Source: a virus. Taken from it: a DNA stretch of 64,000 nucleotides. The stretch's first letter is position 1. The number at the start of each line of letters is the position of its first letter. The position numbers and the translations under genes were made by a program. Positions 28,045 to 37,370 of the stretch are shown here, in pieces. The notes beneath the pieces are model-generated. The model was not told the DNA's origin. It searched no databases and was given only the letters and a program-made list of their open reading frames with translations. The DNA lies in IMG/VR virus record IMGVR_UViG_3300036806_000149, positions 1 to 64,000 of that record; one strand, 5' to 3'.

Positions 28045-28538
28045 GCGTCTCGGGTCTGAGCGCCACCGACCAGGCGCGCGCTCGCGACCGTGCCGTCCAG
28101 GCCGCGATGGTCGGCTACGCCCACAAGACGGGCCTGCACTACACCACGGGAGCGCGACGCTGGCAGGGCATTCAACTGCGCCTGAACGCTCGCGCCGGCC
28201 ACTTCCCAGACTGGGCCGACTGCTCCTCGTTTTGCTCGTGGTGTCTGTGGAGCGGGCTCGGGCTGGGCTTCAACCGTCCCGATAGCGTCAACGGCTGTAG
28301 CTGGCGAGCCGGCTTCACCGGCACCATGCTCACACACGGAGTCCCGGTTCGCTTTGCCTCCAATGCGCTTGCGGGCGACTGTGTGATCTACGGATCTGGA
28401 TATCCCGGACGTCATGCCGCAATCGTCGTCAAGTCTGGCAACACGCCAATGGTCATCTCTAACGGCTCCGAAGCCGGGCCGTTTTACCTGCCCTACAACT
28501 ATCGCCGCGATTTGATGGGGATTCGCCGTTACATCTGA
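28041..28538 (+). CDS. NlpC/P60 cysteine peptidase
   Basis: DCSSFCSW, GDCVIY and HAAI catalytic motifs. Confidence 0.8.
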   Translation: MSVSGLSATDQARARDRAVQAAMVGYAHKTGLHYTTGARRWQGIQLRLNARAGHFPDWADCSSFCSWCLWSGLGLGFNRPDSVNGCSWRAGFTGTMLTHGVPVRFASNALAGDCVIYGSGYPGRHAAIVVKSGNTPMVISNGSEAGPFYLPYNYRRDLMGIRRYI

Positions 28539-28547
28539 GCACTAAGC

Positions 28548-28750
28548 GGGATTCCACGACACATCACGTCCCTGGATGTGACGTGGAGATCCCTGGGACG
28601 TCTGGGGCGATTGGGCCGGACTCGCCTCCGGTGTGGGGGTGGGTGAAGACGAGCAGTCGCCCTCTGAACGTCATCGGGTGATCATAGTCCCAATTTCCGC
28701 GTAAATGCCGAGAAATCGGGTATTCCCCGGTAACTGGGACAACTTCCCGA
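28548..28750 (+). ncRNA. Candidate structured ncRNA (three stem-loop domains)
   Basis: Long stems 28548-28593, 28597-28672 and 28674-28750, with G-U pairs and a GAAA tetraloop. Confidence 0.45.
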
Positions 28751-28776
28751 GATGTCTAGGAAGTAGCTACAAAAGA

Positions 28777-29451
28777 TTATGAAACTGCTTCTTCCTCTAC
28801 TACCTCTGACAGGAAGGTTAGATCTCCTTCCCATACATCAGATGCAGCAATCATGGCACGGTGTTGGTCAACTGCCGCATGATGCGCAGCAGGAATACGT
28901 GCTTTGAGGAACTTATCGACTTGCTGAGTGTCATGCCCCAGTGACTCTAGGCGATGTGCAACCTCTGCAATCTGTTCCGGCGTGGTGTTGTTGATCAGCT
29001 TGCGAAGGTATCCCCGGGGAGTGACGATTCGCACCCTCCGCCGGCCCGACTGGATCGAACCGCCTTGGCGAAGCTGATGATCGAGGGCATCGACCAGATC
29101 GCTGAGGCGCTGTTCCTGCACGGCGGCCAGGAACTCCTGGGGGTTGACCGACTGAGGATTCTTGGCGTGGGCCTGGATGAAGTCCTGGATGTCTGAGATC
29201 TGGGGGTTGTCGTACTCGCGCGAGGCCGTCCGCACCGCATCCATGAAGCGATGCCACTCCACTGGATCGACATTGGCCGGAGCCTTGGCACCCGTGGCCG
29301 CACGATGGCCGACACCGAACTTGCCCGAGCGGGTGTCATGGAGCGGGTTACCGCTCTTCTGGCCCGGCGCAGCTTGAGAGATCCCAGAGGGAGCGACGTC
29401 GGCCAACAGAACCGGGAAGCCATTGTCATCGACAAGCCTGACCTCAGCCAT
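28777..29451 (-). CDS. Head-associated hypothetical protein
   Basis: GNPLHDTRSGKF motif; coupled to the portal gene. Confidence 0.65.
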   Translation of the reverse strand: MAEVRLVDDNGFPVLLADVAPSGISQAAPGQKSGNPLHDTRSGKFGVGHRAATGAKAPANVDPVEWHRFMDAVRTASREYDNPQISDIQDFIQAHAKNPQSVNPQEFLAAVQEQRLSDLVDALDHQLRQGGSIQSGRRRVRIVTPRGYLRKLINNTTPEQIAEVAHRLESLGHDTQQVDKFLKARIPAAHHAAVDQHRAMIAASDVWEGDLTFLSEVVEEEAVS

Positions 29452-31981
29452 CGGCCACCAGGGCGTCGAGCACGGCTGAGATGTAATCCTTCTGACTGTC
29501 GGCAGGGAGATCGTTGGTCAGGAAGATCGTCTCTGTCAAGGGGTCATAGCGAGCTAACACGCCCTCGCTGATCTCCTCGACGTGCTCGATCGAGAGGTTG
29601 GTGGCCGGAATGATTCTCCAGGCCAGCGTCCCGTTGGGGTGCTCGCGCTCGCGCAGCGCCTCGGGGATCGAGAAGAGCTGGCCGTCGCGGTCCTCGCAGA
29701 ACTTATCGGTCGGCCCGTGGCGGGCGTCGAGCGCCTGGAGCGTGGTCGCGCCGGCCGCCTGGGCGGTGAGCGCGGTGGCGGCGTTGTAGACGTCGCGGAC
29801 CTCGGTCCGGACCAGCCGATCGGCCTTCCAGTCGGGGAAGTTGACGAAGTGCTCGCGCGCCCGCTGGATCAGATCGTCCTGCGAGATATTCGGGTTGTCG
29901 GCCAGCTCGGAGGCGACAAAGTCCCGCAGCTCGGTGCGCGTGGTGGAGGCCACCTCGGCCGCGAACTCGGCGATGTGGTCTGAGACCCAGCCCTCGATGT
30001 CATCAACACCGGGCCGGTCAGAAAGTTTCGCCTTGCCGCCCTCAATCTTCGAGGCCCGGTTGAGAATCTTCTGGAAGATCTCCTTGGTCCGGGTGAGCGT
30101 CGCCGGCCAGCGCTTGGACTGCTGCCAGTCGGCGATCAGCTTGGTGGCCCGGTCCAGGAAATCTTTCGGGCTCGCCAGCTCGACGACGTCATCGGTGATC
30201 TCGCTGAAGTTGACCTGCCCCAGCGCCTTGAGCGCCGACTCGTACTCGTCGGCGTAGAGATCGTGGTAGAGCAGCCAGAGCTGACGGGCGAAGCCCTTGA
30301 TCGTCTTGTCGGTGTAATGCGGCGTGTCGGGCAGGTTCTCGATGAACTGCGTGCCGTTGGTCGAGAAGATCACGATCGGCTCCGGGGGGCCGGCCACGTA
30401 GGAGAAGCCCGTCGAGGAGGGAACCACGCCGACGCCGCCGGGCTGTGGGGTGATCGCCGCCGGCGGGCCTTGCGCGGCCTGCTGCTGGGCGGCGATCTTC
30501 TGCTCGCGGCGATTCTGCTCGGCGAAGTCGGCGATCGGCACACCGGCCTCTTCGAGCACCTCCTGGAGATCGACGAGCTTGAGCAGCTCCTGCACGCCGG
30601 TGTCCTGCTGACCGATGAGCTGGATGACCTGCTGGGTGAAGGTCACATCGACGTCGGCGAACCCCTGCATGACGAACTCGGCCACGCCCGCGTTCTGGAG
30701 GAAGTCGGGGTAGTTGACGGCCAGCCACTGGGGGATCAGCCATCTGTTGATCGACTCCACGATCTGGGCCGAGAGCACCGCCTGGGACTCGGTGAAGCTC
30801 GACTGCATCTCGGCGGCCACGTTGCGCGAGGAGGTGCCGCCCTTGCCCTCGAAGAACGCCTGCTCGGGGATCGCCAGCGCCCGGAGCTTCTGCACGTCGA
30901 GGTACTCGAAGCTCTTGTCGAAGGGATCGAAGTTGGTGGCGTTCTCGGTGAAGCCGATCTCCCACTGGCGGGTCGTGCCCCGGCCGGTGGCGTCCTCGTA
31001 GACCTCGGAGGGCAGCGCCATCACGCCCCCGGAGCGCATCCGCTCGCCCATCGTCAGCGCATAGTCGGCGTAGTTGGTGGTGACCCCGGAGATCTCATCG
31101 ACGAACTCGCCCTCGGGGTGGTAGACGAGCACGGAGGGGTCGGCCTTACGCTCGAACGCGCGGTCGGCGATCGCCCACCGAAACCAGTAGCTCCACCAGT
31201 AGCGATAGGCGTAGCCCAGCCGGGGATAGCCGAAGATCGAGCCGAAGTTCTGCTCGCGCTCGTGGGTGACCCACAGCGAGTGGTAGAGATCGATCTTGTA
31301 CGCGGTGCGGATACCCGACACGTTGGCCGGCGTGTAGGACTGCTTGGAGGGGTCGAAGTCGATCCCGTTGAACTGACCCTGGCCGTCCCACGAGGGCTCG
31401 CACGCCTCGGGCTGCATCCCCACGAACGGCTTCCAGCGAATCGGCTGAATCCCACCCTGTGATCCCCAGATCGGCTGCTCGGACTGTTCGCCAGAATTCT
31501 GATCAGTCTGTATATATGTGCCTGCTGGAATTCCCAGCTCGAATCTTTTCGCCACCGGCTGAAAGCCGAAGTCCAGGGCGTTGCACCACTGGAACACGAA
31601 CGCGGCGTAGATCCGGCGCAGATCGTGATCGAGATGGGCGGAGACCTGGGGATTGGGGCCGTTCTTGTCGCGGGCGCTGATCATCCACTTGGCCCGCACG
31701 TGGGGCGTCTTGATGAACGAGAGCCCGAACGCCAGCATCGGGTCGCGGCGCATCGCCCGCAACCGCGAGAGCGGGATGTGCTCGACCTCGAACGGGGAAC
31801 CGAGCTGGTCGGCGGCCTGTCGCCAGTTGGCGAAGATGGCCTGCTGCTGCTGGGAAGGAGCCTGTTCCTTGCCGGAGACCGACGAGCGGATCTTGGCGGC
31901 TTCTTCGGGCGCGATGTCGCCCGGAACGACCTTGCCGCCGCCGTTGGCTCCTGACGTTCTAGTGATCTTCACCGGGGGAAT
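29444..31981 (-). CDS. Portal protein (Mu gp29/DUF935-like) fused to a MuF/SPP1 gp7-like head morphogenesis domain
   Basis: Follows the terminase; C-terminal RLVRTEV..YN, TDKFCEDRDGQ, EHPNG. Start uncertain (ATT 31981, GTG 31972 or TTG 32035). Confidence 0.8.
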   Translation of the reverse strand: MPPVKITRTSGANGGGKVVPGDIAPEEAAKIRSSVSGKEQAPSQQQQAIFANWRQAADQLGSPFEVEHIPLSRLRAMRRDPMLAFGLSFIKTPHVRAKWMISARDKNGPNPQVSAHLDHDLRRIYAAFVFQWCNALDFGFQPVAKRFELGIPAGTYIQTDQNSGEQSEQPIWGSQGGIQPIRWKPFVGMQPEACEPSWDGQGQFNGIDFDPSKQSYTPANVSGIRTAYKIDLYHSLWVTHEREQNFGSIFGYPRLGYAYRYWWSYWFRWAIADRAFERKADPSVLVYHPEGEFVDEISGVTTNYADYALTMGERMRSGGVMALPSEVYEDATGRGTTRQWEIGFTENATNFDPFDKSFEYLDVQKLRALAIPEQAFFEGKGGTSSRNVAAEMQSSFTESQAVLSAQIVESINRWLIPQWLAVNYPDFLQNAGVAEFVMQGFADVDVTFTQQVIQLIGQQDTGVQELLKLVDLQEVLEEAGVPIADFAEQNRREQKIAAQQQAAQGPPAAITPQPGGVGVVPSSTGFSYVAGPPEPIVIFSTNGTQFIENLPDTPHYTDKTIKGFARQLWLLYHDLYADEYESALKALGQVNFSEITDDVVELASPKDFLDRATKLIADWQQSKRWPATLTRTKEIFQKILNRASKIEGGKAKLSDRPGVDDIEGWVSDHIAEFAAEVASTTRTELRDFVASELADNPNISQDDLIQRAREHFVNFPDWKADRLVRTEVRDVYNAATALTAQAAGATTLQALDARHGPTDKFCEDRDGQLFSIPEALREREHPNGTLAWRIIPATNLSIEHVEEISEGVLARYDPLTETIFLTNDLPADSQKDYISAVLDALVADG

Positions 31982-31985
31982 GGGC

Positions 31986-33818
31986 TTACCTCTCGGGCGT
32001 GATTGGCCCGCCGAGCGACTTGCGCCACTGGTCAAACTCGGTCTCGTCCTTGCTCCGGAAGCCTATCGGCCCCGTGGGCGGTCGCACAATCCTGACACTC
32101 ACTGCGCGATCGATCGGTCGAGCCGAGGGCCGCGCGCCGGTGTTCAGCGCCTTGCGCTTGACCTTGCGGATGTTGGCCACGGCGTAGCGGAAGTTCGACA
32201 TTGCGTGGTTGAACTCGTCGATCTGGTTGAGCGTCTTGGGGTCTCTGCGCCAGGCCACGGCCTCCCGGCAGAACATCGGGCAGCGAATCGCATCGACGTA
32301 GAAAAGATCCTCGGTGACCTGCTCCTTGACCAGTTTGATGTGCTCCTCGAACTCGCGCGTGGTGTGCCACTTGGTGTGCAGGTTGATGTCCTTCCAGTCC
32401 ATCCGGGCCGACTTGCCCTGGGGGTCGGCGAATCGCTCATAGACCCGCCAGCCGGGAAAGATCTTCTTCCACTGCTGCTCGCGCTCCTTGACCAGTTTCC
32501 CCAGCGCGGCATTGCCGATCTCGGCCTTGTAGATCTCGTCGAAGCACACGATCGTGCCCTCGCGCAGCCGGCGCACTTCGCCCAGGAAAGTTTCGGCCTC
32601 GATCTCGTAGCGCAGGAGCTGGTACCAGTTGACCGCGTGGGGGTTGGTCCCGCCCCAGTCCACGGCCAGGAAGATCGGGCCGTTTCGGGGATCGGCCAGG
32701 TAGTTGCGCAAGCCGTGGCGGTTCTCTGAGAACGTCGGCAGGTAGTGATAGCGCGTCTCGGGTTTGGCGCAGAGCTGCTGGCACTCGAATGTTTCGGGGT
32801 CGTTCTCCTTGAACTGCTTGACCAGATCCTCATACGGCTGCCATCCCCGAGAGCGAAAGAAGTCGCCCTTGCAGATGTGAGTGAGCAGACGCGGCGTGTC
32901 GTCGTCCCACTCGCCCTTGCGGATCAGATGGCACTCGCACTTCTCGTTGGGATCGCGGCCCAGCTCCTTGAGACGGGCCTGGCGCATGAACGTGTTGGCC
33001 ATCTGACAGTGAGCCTGCTGAGCAGCAGTCTCCTTGATACACCATATATACAACTTGCGCGGTGGCCGGAAGCCCTCGCGGATGGCCTTCTCGATCTCGT
33101 TGATCATCTCCTGGACACGCCCATTGGGTCCCTTGCGGGTGCTGGTGGCGATGTCCTGGGGCTTGATCAACCGGCCCTCTCGGGAGACCTTGGAGATCGT
33201 CATGTTGCGCGACTCAGACCACGTGCCGGCGTCCATCAGCTCGACCTCGTCGGCGTGCGCCTTCTGGGGGTGGGGGCCGTTGACGGCGGCCGGCGTGCCC
33301 GGGAGCACCTCGACCTTGGAGGTGTTGCGCCACACCGTCTCACGCATCAGCGAGGAGACGATCTCGGGGCGCTTCTCGCCGTCGTCGTCATAGATCCACC
33401 CCTTCAGGTGGGCGTAGCAGCGCAAGCTCTGGGCCTCGGTGGCCCCGAACGTGCAGCTCTCACACCCCGGCTTGAACTTCGAGTTCAGCCAGTGCAGCAG
33501 CGCCACCATCATCGTCTTGGCCCCGCCCCGGTTGGCCACGCCCAGACCGGCGTCGATCCGCTCGAAGTACAGATCGGCCAGGAACTGGAAGGGCGGGTCG
33601 TGACCCTCGCACACGGCCACCCGGGGGATGTTGATCCCCAGCTCGGCCCGAATGCAGTCGTGCAGCTCGTCGTCGTCCTGCGGCCCCTGAATGGACAGGC
33701 GATGCTCCAACTCGGCCTGGGCCTTGAACATCTCCTGAAGCTCTTCGGTGGGGAGCTGCTTGAGCAGCTCCAGCATCGATTCAGGGGTGTCGGGGAGTCT
33801 AGGCGGAGACGTTGCCAT
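31986..33818 (-). CDS. Terminase large subunit
   Basis: Walker A ANRGGAKT, Walker B AHADE, nuclease LAVDWGG, FADP, NHAM..FRY. Confidence 0.9.
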   Translation of the reverse strand: MATSPPRLPDTPESMLELLKQLPTEELQEMFKAQAELEHRLSIQGPQDDDELHDCIRAELGINIPRVAVCEGHDPPFQFLADLYFERIDAGLGVANRGGAKTMMVALLHWLNSKFKPGCESCTFGATEAQSLRCYAHLKGWIYDDDGEKRPEIVSSLMRETVWRNTSKVEVLPGTPAAVNGPHPQKAHADEVELMDAGTWSESRNMTISKVSREGRLIKPQDIATSTRKGPNGRVQEMINEIEKAIREGFRPPRKLYIWCIKETAAQQAHCQMANTFMRQARLKELGRDPNEKCECHLIRKGEWDDDTPRLLTHICKGDFFRSRGWQPYEDLVKQFKENDPETFECQQLCAKPETRYHYLPTFSENRHGLRNYLADPRNGPIFLAVDWGGTNPHAVNWYQLLRYEIEAETFLGEVRRLREGTIVCFDEIYKAEIGNAALGKLVKEREQQWKKIFPGWRVYERFADPQGKSARMDWKDINLHTKWHTTREFEEHIKLVKEQVTEDLFYVDAIRCPMFCREAVAWRRDPKTLNQIDEFNHAMSNFRYAVANIRKVKRKALNTGARPSARPIDRAVSVRIVRPPTGPIGFRSKDETEFDQWRKSLGGPITPER

Positions 33819-34314
33819 CGATGACGTCCTCATCGACCACCTCGACGTCCACCACGGCCTGCGCCTCTAGCTGACGGCGCAGAATCTGGGCGGCGGGTCC
33901 GGCGGTCAACTTGTCCGCGAGGATGGCGATTAGCTCATCGCGCGAGTGCTGCTTGGCCTCGGCCTCTTCTTCCTGGAGCTGAATCTTTCGCTCGGACTGC
34001 TCGACGTCGAGCCACTGCTGAGCCGCCTTGAGCCGAGTCCCCATCGGCTGATTGCGGGCGATCGCCTCCTGGAACACGAGGGCGATCTCGGCGGCGTGAA
34101 GCTGAGCGGCCTCGGCCACGTAGTGCGCGGCGGTCTTCTTGCGCAGCCGGCGGCGCTCCTCGGCGTTGGCTCGCTGCGCGGCGTGCGCGGCGGCGATCTG
34201 CTCGGGCCTTCCCCACGTGCCCTCGGCGTGACGCTGCTTGGCCAGCTCGGACAACTTCTGTCGTCTCTCGGGTGAGAGATTCATCTTCCTCGTCATCCGA
34301 GGCACCTTGGCCAC
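33799..34314 (-). CDS. Putative terminase small subunit
   Basis: Helical protein immediately upstream of TerL. Confidence 0.55.
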   Translation of the reverse strand: MAKVPRMTRKMNLSPERRQKLSELAKQRHAEGTWGRPEQIAAAHAAQRANAEERRRLRKKTAAHYVAEAAQLHAAEIALVFQEAIARNQPMGTRLKAAQQWLDVEQSERKIQLQEEEAEAKQHSRDELIAILADKLTAGPAAQILRRQLEAQAVVDVEVVDEDVIDGNVSA

Positions 34315-34326
34315 GGACGGAGGATA

Positions 34327-35310
34327 CTATCCAGTGAGTGCCAGCAGGGGCTCTTCCGCTTGTAGCTGAAGCTCAGCTACATCGGCAAACAAGTGTGGGT
34401 ACAGCTCCTGCAAGCTGGTAGAACCTTCGGCCTGCAAGCAGCTATCGACGAAGTCAGATCCCACCTCTGCCTGGGCATCGCCGTCGATCCGGTACCGATA
34501 CAGCGAGCGCTGATCGACGCCGCAGGCGGTAGCTAGGTTGCCCCAGGAACCGTGGTAGTCATCGATCCGATAGTCCAGCCACAGGGCGAACGAGAGCGCC
34601 GAGACCTGGACATCGGGACCGATATTGCGCTTGGCCAGCCGCTCCTCGTCGCGAGGAATTCCGGCCTCCCGGCGCTTGGCCTCGGTGTAGATGCGCTCGT
34701 ACTCGCGCTTTTGCTCCAGCCACTGAGAATCTTTCTTGCGCTCGTGATATAGCTCACGCGCACGTTCGCGTTGTTGTTCGAGCGACAGCTTGGGCTGGCG
34801 TGTGCCGTAGGGCTTGCCCCGCCGTCTGAGCCCCTGGGTGTAGCGGGTGCGAATGCGCTGGCAGGTCTTGCAGATCGACTGCCAGGCGATGACGTTGCCC
34901 TCACGGTCACGCTCGCGGGCGTGGAAGTCGATGATCAACCGCCAGCGGTCACAGACAGAGCAGAATCGTCGCCCGCACACGACCGCTGGCATAGGCGAGG
35001 GATCACGAGGCTTGCGCCGGTCGCGATGACGCTTGCAGGTGCAGTTCGGCTTACAGAAATGAGCGTATCGGTGACGACCACGCTGTCCCTTACGGGCCGT
35101 GAGCACATTCAGACGGGACTGCTGTTCATCGGTGAGTCGCAGATTGTTCCGGCGTAAGTACCTACGGAACGTCGTATATGCCACCTGATGCTTATTTGCT
35201 ATCTGTCCCTGAGTGAGTCTTCCGTGTAGGTACTCACTTGCTGCAATCGCCAGCTTCTTATGTAGATACTCCGTAGCTAGAGATCCTGATGGTTGTCTCT
35301 GGCCATTCAC
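34327..35310 (-). CDS. DNA-binding protein (HTH, Cys motifs, HTH)
   Basis: TQGQIANKHQVAYTTFRRYL; CSVC...CKTC; LATACGVDQRSLYRY. Confidence 0.65.
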   Translation of the reverse strand: MNGQRQPSGSLATEYLHKKLAIAASEYLHGRLTQGQIANKHQVAYTTFRRYLRRNNLRLTDEQQSRLNVLTARKGQRGRHRYAHFCKPNCTCKRHRDRRKPRDPSPMPAVVCGRRFCSVCDRWRLIIDFHARERDREGNVIAWQSICKTCQRIRTRYTQGLRRRGKPYGTRQPKLSLEQQRERARELYHERKKDSQWLEQKREYERIYTEAKRREAGIPRDEERLAKRNIGPDVQVSALSFALWLDYRIDDYHGSWGNLATACGVDQRSLYRYRIDGDAQAEVGSDFVDSCLQAEGSTSLQELYPHLFADVAELQLQAEEPLLALTG

Positions 35311-35686
35311 CCCAAACTCGCTCTACGGTTGCTTTAGCTATGAGCACGTCATCTCTATAGGCCCTCGTGTTCAGTGCGTCACAAATCAGCTTCAAGGCGT
35401 TGTCCACGTCCGGCTTGCGATTCCGAGGAACAGGATGCCGCAAACCCTCAGCAGATAGCTCCCCGTTCTTACGAAAGTGACCACGGGGGCGCACTACGAC
35501 AATCCTAATCACAATCGCGAGCGCCGTGTCGTCTTGTAGACGCGGCTCACCAGCTTCCCTCCAAACTGCGCGAACCTCGTTCTCCGAGATGATATTGCTG
35601 GGCGGCGTGTAAGCGCGCTTGGTCCGGGGATCGAAGCGCTGACGCTGCTTAGTCTCGGCCTTCCCGGCGACTCGAAGCTCGATCAG
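35258..35686 (-). CDS. rusA: RusA family Holliday junction resolvase (probable CTG start)
   Basis: IELRVAGKAETKQRQR...YTP; KPDVDNALKLICDALN..AYRDD. Confidence 0.85.
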   Translation of the reverse strand: MIELRVAGKAETKQRQRFDPRTKRAYTPPSNIISENEVRAVWREAGEPRLQDDTALAIVIRIVVVRPRGHFRKNGELSAEGLRHPVPRNRKPDVDNALKLICDALNTRAYRDDVLIAKATVERVWGEWPETTIRISSYGVST

Positions 35687-35826
35687 AGAATCAGGTTCCA
35701 GCTCCAGAGGATCAGCTTGAGCAGCAGATGCAGCACCGCCGGGCCGAGGGCGCAGATGACGAGAAACTCGATCGCGAGAATGAGGAATTTGGTTCCTCCG
35801 CTGGGCGGCGGCGGGTCACTTGCCAC
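35683..35826 (-). CDS. Small membrane protein
   Basis: GC3-rich hydrophobic frame. Confidence 0.5.
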   Translation of the reverse strand: MASDPPPPSGGTKFLILAIEFLVICALGPAVLHLLLKLILWSWNLIL

Positions 35827-37186
35827 CGGATCGACGCAAGATTCCTGACGGCTTACCGCCCGAGCGTTGCCATTCGTCCATCCGCATTGATTCATGACGG
35901 GAGAGCTGCTCCAGGAGCTTGTAGTAGGAATCGCGCTCAGATCGATGCGCCGAAGCGAAGATCTCGTGCCGGCGCTGGCGCTTGCGCCACGTCTTGACGT
36001 TCTCATCCTGCTCGATCTCGGCCTCCAGGATCGTGACCTTCACGTCCTTGCCGTGCGAAGACCCCACCAGCAGCGCCCGCGCCATCTCGTCGGCGGCGAG
36101 CTTGCACAGCAGGGAGATCCGCTGATCGCGCGCCCAGCGATAGTCCACGTAGTAGGCAAAGCCGGCGAACGTGCTGTAGAGGCGTTGCAGCTCCTGGTCA
36201 GAGAGCTTGGTCCAGTCCCAGGGCAGCTCGGGGGCGGCGTCGGCGGGCGGCTCGGGAGTGTGCATCCGCTGGCCCGCAATCTCCTGCTCGACGTCGAGGA
36301 CCAGCTTTTGATACTCGTCGTCGGAGGGCTCTACCGGCTCTTCAACAGACCGCTCTGGACCAGCTTGCGCCACCGATTCGGTTTCATCGGCTGGTTCTTG
36401 TGATACCGCCTCAGCAGCTTCTCCTCGCTGCTCAGGTTCGGCATCGGGTGCTTCTGGCCCTTGATCGGCATCCGGTACTTCCTCGCCGTCGCCCTCGCCT
36501 CCCTCAGCGCTCGGCGCTGGTTCGGGCTCGGCCGGCTCGGCGGCAGGTGCATCCGCTCCCGCTTGCGCTGACGGTGGCTCTTCTTGGGTCGCACCGGTCT
36601 CCTTGATCTGGTCGTGAACGTCCACCAGGCCGTTGAGGATCGTCTGGCGGTTGCGGTGCGTGGACTCATAGGCCCAGACGTTTCGGAGCAGCTCGTACAG
36701 CTCGCTCAGGTCATAGTCGTCGAGCGCCGCGTTGACGCCCTCGATCACGCCCTGGACCTTCTCGCGGTTATAGCCCTCCCAGGGTTCGAGCTTGGACAGC
36801 TCCTGAAGATCATCGGCGCGGAACGCCTCGGGGGCGTGCTCGACGATGTTGCGAGCGTCCTGGATCTGCTCCTCGGGCGGAATCTTTTCGGGCTCGCTCG
36901 TGGTTTCGGGAGAACTCTGCTCCTCTGGCTCGCTCGATGACGCCGGTGAACTCGTGTCGGTTGACTCGCTGGACTCCGCCCCGTTGCCGTCCTCGAACTG
37001 GGCGGCCATCCGCAGAATCTTTTCCACCTCCGGCCCGCGCACCTGCTGCTCCCAGGCGTCGGTGGCCAGCTCGATCAGGGCGTTGGCCTCGGCGATCAGC
37101 TTGGCGTCCTCGTCGGGGATCGGGCCTTCGAAGCTCCCATCCTGCTTGCCCTGGACGATCAGCTCTCTGGCTTGACTGGGTTTCAT
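35816..37186 (-). CDS. Acidic hypothetical protein; C-terminal coiled coil possibly a recombination mediator
   Basis: AGGAG RBS before MKPSQ; frame is open further upstream. Confidence 0.6.
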   Translation of the reverse strand: MKPSQARELIVQGKQDGSFEGPIPDEDAKLIAEANALIELATDAWEQQVRGPEVEKILRMAAQFEDGNGAESSESTDTSSPASSSEPEEQSSPETTSEPEKIPPEEQIQDARNIVEHAPEAFRADDLQELSKLEPWEGYNREKVQGVIEGVNAALDDYDLSELYELLRNVWAYESTHRNRQTILNGLVDVHDQIKETGATQEEPPSAQAGADAPAAEPAEPEPAPSAEGGEGDGEEVPDADQGPEAPDAEPEQRGEAAEAVSQEPADETESVAQAGPERSVEEPVEPSDDEYQKLVLDVEQEIAGQRMHTPEPPADAAPELPWDWTKLSDQELQRLYSTFAGFAYYVDYRWARDQRISLLCKLAADEMARALLVGSSHGKDVKVTILEAEIEQDENVKTWRKRQRRHEIFASAHRSERDSYYKLLEQLSRHESMRMDEWQRSGGKPSGILRRSGGK

Positions 37187-37370
37187 CACTTGTCTCCTGT
37201 CACGACCCCAAATGAAATCTCCGATGAACTCCACGCCCGCCGCACCGGCCACGCGATACGCGCTCTCATCGGCCTCTCCCATGCAGATTGCTGAAAGTGC
37301 ATCCTCTACCAGTACCTCTGGATCGCCATCTACACCGTAGCTAGAAGCAACTTCGCTGACCGCAACCTGC

